The notes under the pieces were generated by a model. It worked only from the letters and a program-made list of their open reading frames with translations, was not told the origin of the DNA and did not search any database. From NCBI GenBank assembly GCA_964016885.1, contig OZ024744.1, forward strand, positions 97,278,001 to 97,342,000: 64,000 bases of DNA, read 5' to 3'. Position 1 is the stretch's first letter. Each line of letters opens with the position of its first letter. The position numbers and the translations under genes are program-made. This DNA comes from Eledone cirrhosa. Its lineage: Eukaryota. Below are positions 1 to 13,039 of the stretch, piece by piece.

Positions 1-719
1 AAAATTGCTGGCCGTGTGCCTATCATAGAAGTCATTGATAGTATATTTTTAGCTGTGTAAGAAACATTTTTTAGCTGTTTGTCTTTAGCTGTATATCTAT
101 CAAGTGAAGGTGCATCTCTTAGTGAATTAAGCAATTGGATTCACAATTATATGGTCATAAGTTCTATTTTTAGTGCGGACTAAGCTTTATGTCACTGAAA
201 AATGCACTATCTATCACGCAGATTGAGTTCATTTAGTTAAAAATATATACCAGCAGCAGCTTTAGATTAGCCTGGCGATTGACTGGCATCCCATCCAGAC
301 GAGAAATTTTGTCGTTTAAAACCTATAAAATAGGAGCAAAGCTCTGCGTGTCCAGCAACCCGCAGAAGCATACAAAAATGATCGTAAATCATTACACGGT
401 ACTCGAACTTTGTATATTCTGAATTCAATACCAACTGGAGGTCAATTTTCGTTTTGATCCGAGGTTCAGTAAAATAATCAACAGCTCTCAAATATACATG
501 TAATCGATTGTATTTCTCAAAAGTGTTATCTTAGGCCAGTGTAAATTTGGTCATGTCAGGATTGTAGCTATACTCACCACGATTGGTTAATTATGGGTTG
601 GTAAAGTTATTTAATCCATAGTTGAGGTGGAAGTTGATCCACCCTTTTAACACCTCTTGTTTTGTTTTGTTGTTGTTTTTTTTTTTTATGTGTGTGTGGT
701 GCTTGGGTTCCACTTACTC

Positions 720-1115
720 TCCTCACCGGATCAGGGTCTTCTGGGGGGAGCCGCCCACTCGATTATAAAGCAGGTTGTACTGGGTGACATGGTACCAGTA
801 GCCAACAGAAGTCTGACCAAACAAGGGTATGGTGAGGCAACCAGTTTAGTCACTGACCACTCGACTGTGAAGCAGGTTGTTCTGGGTTACATGGTACCAG
901 TAACAAACAGAAGTCTAGCCTGACCGCATCAGGGTATGGTGGGGGAACCAGTTCAGTCACTGACCACTCGATCATGACGCAGGTTGTTCTGGGTTACATG
1001 GTTCAACTAGCAGGCAAAAGTATGACTTGACCACACCAGGGTATGGTGGGGAAACCAGTTCAGTCACTGACCACTCGACCATGAAGCAGGTTGTACTGCG
1101 TTAGATGGTACAACA
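720..1115 (-). repeat. Tandem array (~4 x 102-107 bp) of a sequence homologous to the RTE 5' leader
   Basis: GCAGGTTGT(A/T)CTG recurs at 770, 872, 979 and 1086. The unit aligns with the leader at 8370-8470, 22175-22260 and 58015-58100 (CAGGTTGTACTGGGTTACATG.TACCAGTAG; CAGTTTAGTC). Confidence 0.75.
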
Positions 1116-1129
1116 TTTTCTCAATACTA

Positions 1130-1645
1130 ACTGACCTAGAAAGAAGTTGAGGCACAAGGACAGCAATTTGGGAGGAGGGATATTAATTGATTATATCGAC
1201 CCTAGTACCTAATTGGTACTTTACTTTATCGATCCCGGAAGGATGAAAAGCAAAGTTAAACCGGAACGAACACTGAACACTATTCTATCCGACATGAGTT
1301 CAAATCCTGCCGAGGTTAACTTTGCCTTTCATCCTTACAGGCTCGATATAATATTACCAGTAATGTACTGAGGTTAATTGCTGGCCTTGTGCCAAAAGTA
1401 GAAACTATTTTATCCGACATTCTAACAAATCAGCCAATCCGCTACCTTAAAGCAAGAAAAATAATAATTGTTTCTACTTTAGGCACAAGGCCAGCAATTA
1501 CCCCAGTGTATTACTGGTGCTTTATTTTGTCGACCCTGTAAGGATGAAAGGCAAAGTCAACCTCGGCGGGAATTGAACTCAGATCGTAAAGGGACGTAAC
1601 TATGCTGGAAAGCATGGCGTCCGACCCTCTACCGATACTGCCAAT
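1130..1645. mobile_element. Cluster of three tRNA-derived SINE copies or fragments (~1130-1290 minus, ~1295-1410 plus, ~1468-1645 minus)
   Basis: Shared core GAGTTCAAATCC.GCCGAGGTTAACTTTGCCTTTCATCCTTAC..GGTCGATAAAATAAAGTACCAG with a B-box-like GAGTTCAAATCC. The core resembles the Meta-SINE domain as I recall it. Confidence 0.8.
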
Positions 1646-1662
1646 ATGACTGCATTTAGAAT

Positions 1663-2462
1663 ACACCACCACCACAATCACCACCACCACTACTACCACC
1701 ACCACCACAATTACCACCACCGACAACAACACAGCTACCACCATAATCACCACCACCACCACCACTACTACCGTCACCATCACAATTACCACCACCGACA
1801 ACAACACAGCTACCACCACAATCACCACCACCACCACTACTACCACCACCACCACAATTACCACCACCGACAACAACACAGCTACCACCATAATCACCAC
1901 CACCACCACCACTACTACCGTCACCATCACAATTACCACCACCGACAACAACACAGCTACCACCACAATCACCACCACCACCACCACCACCACTACTACC
2001 GTCACCATCACAATTACCACCACCGACAACAACACAGCTACCACCATAATCACCACCACCACCACTACTACCACCACCACCACAATTACCACCACCGACA
2101 ACAACACAGCTACCACCACAATCACCACCACCACCACCACCACTACTACCACCACCACCACAATTACCACCAACAACAACACAACTACCACCATCACCAC
2201 CACCACCGCAACCACCACCACCACCACCACAACTACCACCACGGCCACAACCAACACCACCACAACAACAACAATACCCCACAACCACCATCATTACTAC
2301 CACGTCACAACTACCCCACCACCAGAACTACCCCACCGCCACAACTACCCCAGCGCCACAATCACCACCATTACTACCACCACCACCACCACCACAACCA
2401 CCTTTACTACCACCATCACCGCCACAACCATCCTCACAACTACCCCACCACCACTACTACCT
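1663..2462 (+). repeat. CAC-rich minisatellite, ~57-66-bp unit, decaying at the 3' end
   Basis: CACAATTACCACCACCGACAACAACACAGCTACCACCA recurs about 7 times with variable (CAC)n spacers. Confidence 0.9.
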
Positions 2463-2464
2463 TC

Positions 2465-3780
2465 AGCCAGGCCTCCAGGTGAATAAGAACTCGGACGAGG
2501 TAAAGAGCAGTGTGGTTACTCTCACCCAGATATGGACCGAGAATAAGCTATTGCTGAATGGTCGGGCGCATTTGGCGAACGAGTCATCTATTGTCCGTCA
2601 TCTATTACCGCCAGATTGTCGTGCCTTGTTCTGGTTCACGCCTCGTCCAATTGGAGCGCCTGCTCTTCAACTTCTTGTGGAAGGGACAGGTTCTATTGGT
2701 GAGACGGACCATCTACTGCAAGAAACCCCAACGCGGAGGGTTGACCATGCCGTGGGTGATGATACACAAATATGTTCTGAAGCTACGGCTTCTCCAAATA
2801 TTCCTAAACGGTGCACACACAGATGTGGTCGCCGTTTGTCAGAGAAGACTTTCTACAACTCGTCTCTTTGACTGAGCTGCAACTAGTTGGTCAAACGAAG
2901 AGTGTGGCCTGAAATGTTGCCAGGTGATCTCAGCCCTCTATAAGTGGGACAATGCGTTTAGTGAAAATTCCACTCTAGAGTTTTATAGAGGACTTGTGAT
3001 GGACATGTGTGATGACGTTCTCTGGGCGTCTACAAAAGAGAGGAATGTCCCTGTGATTAAATCTTTCACTCGTGTCTACCACATCTTTCTTTCACTACAA
3101 CCACGAGGTCGCGTAAATCTTGGTGGTTGATTTTCTCTAAAGTCTTGGTTCGCAGCCGGGTGTGTATTACATGCGGTGCAGCTGTTCGATACACGCCTAC
3201 AAATCAACAAAGCAAATAACGGTTCTGTCGCCCTGCGTACATCTCGAAGAGATTCAACTGTTGGCACTTCCGTAATTGTATGGCTTGTCTATAACAGAAG
3301 CACAACCAGACTAAAGACTTGGAATATGTCCACGATTCCCTATATGAGCGTCCACCAGAAGAGTCAACATAGACAGCTCTCGTCGATTCTAAGAGTGATC
3401 CCCAGGCCATCAAGGTTCATTTTCTACACCAACCGTCATTCAAATGCAAGCATTGTTTCTCGGTCGTTGATTGCTCAGCTGGTAGAGTGACGTGATTGCT
3501 CAGCTGGTAACTTTCTAGATGCCAGACGCTCAACCTTGGTCTGAGCTTAATTCATGATTGCAATTTGGTTAATGAGACGAGCTGTAGGAAGATGTGTCTC
3601 GCAAAAGGCACTCACACCGGTTTGTCTTCGTTTTCCTCGTTGCCGACATCATTTCAAGGATCAAAGAATTTCTGAAAAAGAATCAGTCTCAATGCGTACC
3701 AGCACATTATAGGCAACGGTATACCGAAACGAAAGGCTGTTTGCTTCAGATACCACTGAGGGGATGTAGGTTTTAGCCAT
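2465..3780 (+). mobile_element. Degraded Tx1/L1-clade LINE fragment (3' part of ORF2)
   Basis: Frameshifted peptides NGRAHLAN and LERLLFNFLWKG...RGGLTMPW are homologous to the element at 62.5-64 kb. The right boundary is approximate. Confidence 0.75.
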
Positions 3781-4373
3781 TTCAACTAAATCTTTCAGAG
3801 ACTAGTCCCACCGTTCGTTACCTCTTCTCAGTTCTTTTTCACCTGGAAGCCCGGTTTAAACTAGATTCCGACTACTTTAACGCGACCCTCAGTTCAGTTA
3901 TACAAATTGAATTAACAAACCTGTCTTTAAGATATTTGATGCAAGTATATAAAAAGCCAGTGAAAAGGTGAGAAAAATATTGAATCTGAAATTTTACAAT
4001 TCCGTAGGTGTGTAAATTTCTGTTTTGATTTTAAAGCTTAAACCATCTTTTTTTACCTTCTTGAAATCGATTTTTAGAGATTTCATTAACGGATGAATTC
4101 TGATTCACGAGGATAGACGAGATATTTACCATAACTGCGTCTACATGGCTGCTAAACCGGCTGGAAATAGCAGCGAAAATATTTAAAATCCAATTTACTA
4201 TCTTAAAAAAAGAAAGGATCGATCAGTTAATGTTGCCCTAGATCAGAGGTTCTCAAAGTGGGCGCTACCCCCCACCCCCATCCCCGGGGTGGGGTGGGGG
4301 TATTGAGGAGGTCCAGGGGACGATGTGGAGGCCTAAGGGATGTGAGGTGGGGTGGCGACATTAGAGATGATAT

Positions 4374-7300
4374 CTCTTGGTTGTCCATCGTGAACGATGA
4401 TGACATCTTCTTTATTTATTTCCCCTCTGCCGTGGGCACGAAGGTGGCTGTGGAGGCTTGCAAGTCCGGGGACAGTGGGGGCAGCGGAAGAGACCGGAGT
4501 CGCTTGGGGCAGCTGTTGATGCCTTTCTCCTCATTTCACGGGCTTCAGTGACCTCTGCCCGTCTCTTCTCTTCAAAAGAGTCCTTGGCGCGTCTGGTAAG
4601 GGCTCGCCACTCAGTCCTGTCCTGAGCATGGGACTCGAGTTGTTTTGGGCCGATTCCAGTGTTGTTGATGCTGGACTTCACGCAGTCTTTGAACCTCTTG
4701 AGAGGCCTGCCCCGCTTTCGTTTCCCCGAACAGAGTTCCCCATACATCAGTTGCTTCATAGCCTGTGATCGTCCATCCGGATGACATGTCCCACCCATCG
4801 AAGTTGGCTCTTCAGTATCATAGCTTCAACACTGGTTGTCTTAGCCATGTCAAGAACTTCGAGGTTGGAGACCTTGACCTACCATTTGATGTTCATGATT
4901 GACCGCAGACTGCACATGTGGCACCTTTCCAGCTGCTTCAGGTGCCTTCTGTACAGGGTTCATGTCTCACATCCATAGAGGAGGCTGGTGAGAACAACAG
5001 CCCTGTACACCCTGAGCTTGGTGGACTGCCTGATGTTGTGCTAGTTCAGGATGCATGTCCTCAGGTGGCCAAGGGCTTGACTGGGCTTGCAGATCCTGGC
5101 ATTTATCTCCTTGTCGAGGCTTCCATCGCTGCTGATGACACTGCCGAGGTACTTGAAGTCGTCCACCGTCTTTAGCTGGGTGCCTCCGATGGAGATGGAA
5201 GGAGGCTGGGTGACGGAGGCAGGTGCAGGCTGACACAGGACCTCAGTCTTTCCAAGGCTAATTGTGAGACTGAAGAGGCAGGAGGCCTCCACGAACTTGT
5301 TGTTGATGAGTTGGAGGTCAGACAACTATGGGCCATGAGGGTACAGTCGTCAGCAAAAGGTGCCTCCAGGATGATCCTCTACACGGTCCTTGTCTTGGCC
5401 GTCAGGCGCCGCAGGTCAAACAGGGAGCCGTCCAGTCTGTATCGCAGATACACTCCGTGCTCGAGGTCCCTGGCGGCATGATTGAGCACGCAGGTGAAGA
5501 GGATTGAAGAGGATGGGAGCTAGCACGCATCCTTGCTTGACGCCGATGGTGATTTCGAGCGGCTCCGATGCCTCTCTGCCCTATCGCACCTGCCCGGTCA
5601 TGTCGTCATGGAATTGCCGTATCAGGTTCACAAACTTTGTCGGGCATCCAAACTTCGACAGGATCGACCAGAGGGCCTCCCTGTTGACAGTGTCAAAGGC
5701 CCTCCCTGTTGACAGTGTCAAAAGCCTTCGTCAAGTCTATGAAGATGGCAAAGAGGTCCATGTTCTGCTCGACACACTTCTCCTGTACCTGGCGCACAGA
5801 GAAGATCATGTCGATCGTGCTGCAGTTTGGGCGAAACCCACACTGGGCCTCAGACAGGTTTTCCTCCGAGATATTGGCGATGAGGCGGTTGAGCATGACC
5901 CGAGCCAGAACCTTCCCAGCGATGGGGAGGAGAGAGATGCCCCGATAGTTGCCACAGTCAGTTTTGCCGCCTTTGTTCTTAAAAAGCGAGACAACTGTGG
6001 CATCCCTGAAGTCTTTAGTTATCTCTTCTTCCTCCCATATGCTGACGAGGAGGGTGTGGAAGGCCCCCAGGGCAGCTGGACCGGCCGACTTGAAGATCTC
6101 GGCAGGAATCCCGTCCTTCCCAGGGGCCTTTCCTGAGCTGGTCTGGTTGATTGCCTTCGTGACTTCATCCAACGTGGGGGGGGGGGGGTCGAAGCTGCCG
6201 ACTACGGGCTTCTGTAGACCTGGTCGAGGGCGGCAGGGTCGACAGTGGAGGTCTTGTTGAACAGGTTGCTGAAATGCTCTCTCCACCTCGAGTTGATGCT
6301 GCTCTTCTTCTTCAGCAGGAACGAGCCGTCAGCAGACAGCAGCGGTGTGGTGACAGGCTTGGGGGGTCCGTAGATGTCCCCGATGGCGCTGAAGAACATC
6401 TTAGAGTTCTTTGTGTCAGCGTATCTCTCGACTTCTTCGGCCTTCTTTTCCCACCACTTGTCCTGCATTCTGCGTAGCGCTGATTGGGCCTGCCTCTTGA
6501 GGTGCTTGAAGCGGTCGCGCTTCGAGGTGGAGTAGCTGTCATTCTGCTGAAAGCCCTCCTCTTCTCGTCCTGAAGTTGTCTGATGCGCTCATCGTTTTCA
6601 TCAAACCAGTCCTGGTGGACTCTCTTCCTCGGCCCGATGGTTGCCTTGGCTGACTCTGTCACCAGCGACCTGAACTGGTCCCACTGTTGAGCTGGGGGTC
6701 CGGTCAGTGGTACATGGGAAGTCAGCCAGCCGTCCAGGTCTTCTGAGAACGCATCACGATGCTCTGGCTGCTTGAGTCGTGCTACGTCGAAAGCTGGCCT
6801 ATGGACTTTCGGAGTCTTGCGATGCGTTGGGGTGCTGTACAGTGACAGGATGGTCCTGACAAGGCGATGGACAGTCCAACACTCTGAACAGCGCATGGCC
6901 CTGGTGATCTGACGTCATGGATGTCCCTCCTGCGGCATATGACAAAATCAATCAGATCCCACTGAATCTGGGAAGCATCCATGTGGTCTTAAACTTGTCT
7001 GCCTGGCGGAACAGTGTGCTTGTGATGGTGAGGTTGTTCTCGGCGCAGAAACTCAACAGTATGAGGACGTTAGAATTCAGCTTCCCTGTGCCGTGAGGTC
7101 CCAGCACGCCTCTCCAATTGCTGCTGTCAGACCCGACTCTTGCGTTGAAGTCCTCCAGTAGGATGAGTTTATCGCTTGGGGGGACGCCCTTCACGAGTGC
7201 GTTGAGTACCCCGTAGAAAGCGTCCATTACTTCATCGCTGCTGGTGAGAGTGGGGTCGTACGCGCAGATGACTGTGACATGCCGAGATGGGTCGAGGGGG

Positions 7301-8475
7301 AAGCGGAGCTTCATCAGCCGCTCACTCACAGGTGTTGGGAGGTCTGGTAGCTGCTTGCAGAGAGAAGTCCTGATGGCCAGGCCAAGCCCGTGGATTCTGT
7401 CCTTTGCATTGCCCTTCCAGAAGAAGGTGTAGCCTCCTTTCAGTTCTGCTACTGATCCTTCTTCGGCGAGTCTGGTCTCGCTGAGGGCGGCTATATCGAT
7501 CCGGTAGCGAGCTAATTCCCTCGCTATGAGGGTAGTTCTCTCTGGCCTCAAGGAGATTTCCCTATCTATGAGGTTGCGCACATTCCATGCGCCAAGAATC
7601 AAGTTCTTCTTTCTATTATGTTGGTTTCGACCGCTTGGAAGGGTAAAACCGCCAGCCGCGGTAGACTGGCCGGCTTTGCGAGGGATGAGCATTTGGTTAG
7701 GGCTCCTTTCATCACCCTCCCCTCGTGCGAGGTTGAGCAGTGCTCCCCTGAAAAGGGCTGCTCAGTCGCCCGGTGGAACGCCTGATCTCCTCTGTTATCC
7801 CAGGGTGAGGAGGAGAACGACTTGCGCATCCAAGCCAGCCATGTGTGGGTTTGAGACTGGCAACTCCCAGAGGTTACCTCTACCTGTTACCTCCGCCTCT
7901 CGCCCATCGCCGCAGGGCTTTGGGAGTGCACACTAAAGAAGAAACCTGTGCGGGAAAGGTTTATAGTGGGAGGGCCAGTGCACAGTGGCGGTCCCACTCA
8001 CTCGGCCGCAGAAGCCAGAGTCCGGTGGTACGGAGGACCGTCACAACCAGGGACTTCATTGGCTGCAGTGGATGGCCACGACGTCTGTAGTGCCTTGCCG
8101 TGCCCTAGCGCTCCACACCGCTTGCTGTCGCCGCCTTCGTGACTGCTGGGACGATGTTGTCCTCCTCCACTCACTCCGCTGTGTCCAGTCTTCGCATGCA
8201 GGGCTAGGCATCCCTATCTAACTCACCGGGGGGGGGGGGGGTCCAGACCCGTCCGGCTATCTCTACCAGGGTGTGGCCACTGTCGCATGCTACAGCTTCT
8301 TGGGGCCACAGGTGAGAGCTGAGTGTCAGGTGGGACCCAATGCAGGGTGTCCAAAATCACCTCCTCATCAAGTAAACTTGGTGGGGTTGCCGGTTTAGTC
8401 GCCGACGACCCGACCATGCGACAGGTTGTACTGGTTTACATGTTAGCAGTAGCACTCAAGAGTGACCTGACAAAC
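4374..8475 (-). mobile_element. Full-length RTE-clade LINE (APE endonuclease + RT), frameshifted
   Basis: EN motifs GAWNVRNL, ALSETR, EDFNARVG. RT motifs GNYRGISLL, QCGFR, FIDLTKAFDTV, GVKQGCVLAP, YLGS. The perfect 11-bp TSD AGAGATGATAT lies at 4363-4373 and 8476-8486. Confidence 0.95.
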
Positions 8476-8603
8476 AGAGATGATATAATAGTATATTAAA
8501 TATCAAATGATACATATTATATATACAGTATATATAGTAAGATAAAAAATATGTAATATTTATCTATACATAGTATATATTATATTATTTATTATATAAT
8601 ATT

Positions 8604-8704
<101 letters not shown>

Positions 8705-8819
8705 GGGGGGGGCGAGACCGAGAGGTATGTATGTAAAAGGTAAACAGGAATAACAACACAATCGGCACAGTATATGGAAGGGATATATTAGGTTAACGCT
8801 TGGTATGGCAGGAAGAGGG

Positions 8820-8855
8820 CCTTAACGTTTCGAACACTAGTCCTTCATCAGAAGA
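8820..8855 (-). ncRNA. Minimal type I hammerhead ribozyme motif (Penelope pLTR type)
   Basis: Minus strand reads CTT CTGATGA A GGAC TAGT GTTC GAAAC GTT AAG, giving the core, a 4-bp stem II, a palindromic AACGTT stem III and a short stem I. Confidence 0.6.
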
Positions 8856-8892
8856 AAGAATGAGAAATAAATTAGATTGACGGGACAGGCGC

Positions 8893-8932
<40 letters not shown>

Positions 8933-9124
8933 TGTGTATGTGCGTGTGTGTATGTATATGTATGAGTGTACGTATGCATACTTACATATTATTTACAATT
9001 TGCGTGTAGGCAGGTCTCTCTGGAATTAGGGTGGGGCTGGCGCTGAGGGTATTGCGTAGCCGTGAGGGGGGGGGGTGATTTGAGAACCCCTCTACCCTAC
9101 ATAAACTGCGCCCGACAAAAAAGG

Positions 9125-9320
9125 ATGGTATGGACAGGGCTTGGCAGTATCGGTAGAGCGTCAGACACCATGCTTTGCAGCATAGAGTTATGGTCCTTTA
9201 CGTTCTGAGTTCAAATGTCACCGAGGTTAACTTTACCTTTCATCCTTACGAGGTCAATAAAATAAAGTACCAGTAATGCACTGGGATAATTGCTGGCCTT
9301 GTGCCAACAGTAGAAACAAT
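9125..9320 (+). mobile_element. tRNA-derived SINE (Meta-like core)
   Basis: TGGCAGTATCGGTAGAGCG (A-box), GAGTTCAAAT (B-box), and the same core as the 1.3-kb copies. Confidence 0.85.
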
Positions 9321-9462
9321 TATATATCTACCTTAGTCAGAACTAACTAAAGATTAAACAGTAACAAAAACAACTGCATTCCTATCAATAAAATGCAGTC
9401 ATTTCTGAAAGGCTTAAACGTTTATATAATCCCATTGTACATCATGTGACCAATTACCAATA

Positions 9463-9610
9463 GGCGCATGGCTTAATGGTTAGAGCATTGGGCTTGCCAG
9501 CGAAACGTTGTGAGTTCAATTCTCGGACCGGGTGATGTGTTGTTTCCTTGAGCAAGACACTTTATTTCACATTGCTCCAGTTTACTCAGCTGTAGAAATG
9601 AGTTATGATA
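9463..9610 (+). mobile_element. tRNA-derived CORE-like SINE
   Basis: TGGCTTAATGGTTAGAGC...GTGAGTTCAATTC, followed by CCTTGAGCAAGACACTTTATTTCACATTGCTCCAGTTTACTCAGCTG. Confidence 0.75.
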
Positions 9611-9944
9611 GGACTGGAATCCCTATCATTAAATTACCCAAGACACCTACAACGAGATATACCTTGGAGGAGGCCAGCTAAACCTGCATAGGTGGGAGCT
9701 GTGACACACACACACTCACACACGATTACCGTATATACACCGAGAAAAAAAAACCAAAAGTTTTTTTTTTGTGTTTTTTTTATTTCGTTTATCATTTTAT
9801 GTCTGAGAAAAGGGCAAAAAATATTTACATAGAATTTAAAGTTGGTGAAATTCGTCAAAATATTGACCCCGAATATAAACGAATCCCCTTCTACCATCAT
9901 TTTTGTTTTTGTTTTTGTCTTTTTTTAATTTTCGGTCACAGACT

Positions 9945-10566
9945 CCTCGATTTATATTCGAGTATATATGCCGGCCTCCCACGCATATCTCTCGTTGTAC
10001 GTAAGAGGAGAGTAAGATTTTCTGGCCACTGCCATCGTGCCACCTATGAGGCTGTGTCCTCATTAGTGCTTTAGAAACCACAAGCAGTCACTAATAACCG
10101 GTGGCACAAGCTCTCCTATCCTGAGTTGATGGTCACTGCCATCGTGTCACCTATGAGGCTGTGTCCCCATTAGTGCTTTGGAAACCACAGTCACTAATAA
10201 CAGAGGATACAAGCTCTCCTATCCTGATTTGCTGGTCACTGCCATCGTGCCACCTACGAGGCTGTGTCCCCATTAGTGCTTTGGAAACCACAAGCAGTCA
10301 CTAATAACAAGGGGTCACAAGCTCTACTATCCTGATTTGCTGACCAATGCCATCATGCCACCTATGAGGCTGTGTCCCCTTTAGTGCTTTAGAAACCACA
10401 ATCAGTTACTAATAACAGAGGACACAAGCTCTCCTATCCCGACGTCATCTCCAGAGATTCTGGTATTGAAATCCAGGACTTGGCAACAGCAATAAACGAC
10501 AGACCCACGTGGAGATCAATTGTTGAGTTAATTTCGGTTGAGGCCGCCGGATAATGATGATGATGA
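9945..10566 (+). mobile_element. 3' fragment of an RTE/RTE-X-like LINE with ~4 internal tandem duplications of ~105-110 bp
   Basis: Peptide IYAGLPRISLVVRKRRVRFSGHCHR. The unit CACTGCCATCGTGCCACCTATGAGGCTGTGTCC is repeated, and there is a (GAT)n tail at ~10550-10566. Confidence 0.75.
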
Positions 10567-10625
10567 TATCCAAGTATATACGGTATCTCGTCGAATCTCG
10601 GATAACATTAGTAAATACTCCAAAT

Positions 10626-11611
10626 CAGTGGTTCTTAAACCTTTTAATATATTCCCATATCCCTTTCGTTCCTATATACCCCCATATGTCCTTATATTCG
10701 TCAGTCTGTTAAAATCATTATCACCATTCCTCCAAGGGAATCTCCATAGGTTTTGATGATAAGTGTTCCAGATGTTCAATCAACAGAGCAGCTTGCTCTT
10801 GAGATTAACGTTCAAGTAGCTGAGCATTCCACCGACATGTGTATCCTTGATGTAATTCTCAGGGAGATTCAGTGTGGCTCAAAATGTATGACAGGTATGG
10901 GCAACCTTTTTCGAGAAGCGGGCCGCATGAGATATGGTTCATCATCAGGCGGGCCGCAAGCGCTAATTTATATTCGTGCCCACATTTTAAAAAAAAAAGG
11001 GCGGTAACTCAGGTTGTTTTGATTTGTTTCTTCGGAATTCGTACACGTTGTTTTCCTCGATCGTAAAAATGATAGAAAAATAAATTACGACTGAAAAGTT
11101 GGAGTAAAAAAATCAGAAAGATTTCACTGAGGTGACTTAGGCGAGCCATTCAGAAAACTTCGTGGAGCGCAGGTTGCCCATCACTGTTGTATGATAAGAC
11201 TGTCACTTTCAATTACAGGTGTATTCTATCTGACAGACTTCCAAACAAATTCCGTCTATCCAATTCCACTCAGAAGGCATGGATTGACTTGAAGCTGTGG
11301 TAAATGACACTTGCCCAAGATCCAAGGCATGGGGATCGAACCCAACGCCTAATGATTATGAAGCGAACTTCTTGATTGATCATTCGGCCATGCTGCGCTA
11401 TCACCAGTCTAATTTGGTACTAGTGTGACTTTAAAAAATATCAATAGCTTGGTTTTGGATTACATATGGAAAACAAACAGAGCAGAAAAGAAAATTGCGA
11501 CTTGCTCATATATATTTATAGAAAACAAACAGTACAAGCCACATATCCCACTCTCAGTCATTGATTCACCTACCCACCAATAATATAGATACCCATTGTT
11601 AAGAACCCCTG
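10626..11611. mobile_element. hAT-like MITE containing nested SINE sequence and a second MITE
   Basis: TIRs CAGTGGTTCTTAA (10626) and TTAAGAACCCCTG (ending 11611). The TSD is not clearly preserved. Confidence 0.5.
10892..11186. mobile_element. hAT MITE
   Basis: TIRs CAGGTATGGGCAACCT and AGGTTGCCCATCACTG. Flanks ATGTATGA and TTGTATGA match at 7/8 positions (8-bp TSD). Confidence 0.75.
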
Positions 11612-13039
11612 CTGTAGAGAAAAACCATCTACCTAGTTTTAAATTATGTCAATTTCTTTAAGCTGTTCAATATACTATTTCTGATATAGTAGATTTACTT
11701 CATAGCGAGATATCGATCGTTAACTCAGTGCTGTTTTATGTAGTAAATCCAACGTTTAAAAGAATTGTACTCATAACATATAGCTTCTTTATGAAGCAGA
11801 GTAGTGTTGTTTTATTTTTGTTTCATATTTTTTTACAATGTAAACTTATGTTCAAAGTGTAAAATAAATAATGAACATTTGTTCTGTTGTCGCTGGTAAT
11901 TGATCAATATACTTTTACTTCGCTTGAAAGTAGCGAACTCTATTAGCAAAATTATTCTCTAAAGACCTTTTGATTTGCTTCGTTAACTAAAACATATTAG
12001 TAGCCATCAGCATAATTTAACATGGGAAATCCCTAAACGAATCTGTATTTTGTACAATTATCTCCAGTTCATATAATTTTTATATTTCGCTCCTGATGTA
12101 ATAATACTCTAGTTTTTTTTCGTCTGGTCTCATATATCCTTGGGTGGCAGACTTAATCCATCGTTATGTGTTAACACCTTGGTGGAATGGCCTTTAAGGG
12201 AGTTCATTGTGTTTTAATTCTTCGGAGCAGATTTCCAGTTATAGGACAATTCCCTAAAGCCAGTCTCAGAAGCTTTAAAAACATAAAGTATCATGAGCAT
12301 TGACCTGCTTTTTTCATCTGTGTAGCATCTGTGTAGCGTTTAGTTGAACGAGCTTGAGAGATTAGATGAATGTTTGTTCCAAATCTAAAAAAATATTATC
12401 AAGGCGTCTTTATTGCATATGGTCAGAAGAGATTCGGGAACCTTATTAGATCTCTATTGATTTTCTCCCGATATACGTACGTCAACAGATAGAGCCCAAA
12501 CTTTAAAGTGCCTGGTGATAGCAACATTCAGTGCATAATTTGGGATAAATAATTTAGGAATGTAGTTTTCCTTCACTCTGAAGCTATGGATTGGTGGATA
12601 GTTTAATGTCGGTACACAGGAATACGTTCAATAATTCATACAACGTTTTCTGATGATGTTTTGCAAGTGATTGCTTGTCTTGAACGCTCATGGTCTTTAA
12701 CCGAAAAAAACATTCAAGTGCGTGTGCTGTACAAACGCTTGTGTTCCTCCTAAAGAATGCTCACCAAAAGAATGGTGAAATATATCCAGATCTCAGCAGC
12801 AGACTTGCCGTGCTATGTTCAAAGTTTCATGCAAGCAGGTTGCCTGAATTTATCAGCCATCGTATGAATCCAGCCGTTCTAACACGTCGTCACAAACCTG
12901 ATAGCCATATTGTAAAATGTATATATGTGTGTGTGTGCATGTATGTATGCATACCTGTATGCATTTATGTATGTATGTATGCATTTATGTATGTATGTAT
13001 ATATGTATGTGTTTTTGTGGAGTGAAAGACTTCTAGTCT

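Noticed and set aside
1511-2482. His-rich, Val-rich and Gly/Cys-rich ORFs
   Set aside because: They are translations of the CAC minisatellite in several frames, with no unique domain.
9125-9610. Possible tRNA genes
   Set aside because: The A and B boxes belong to SINE heads, and no full cloverleaf is present.
11620-12870. Possibly coding-derived stretch
   Set aside because: It may be an old retroelement, but I found no motif I could assign with confidence.
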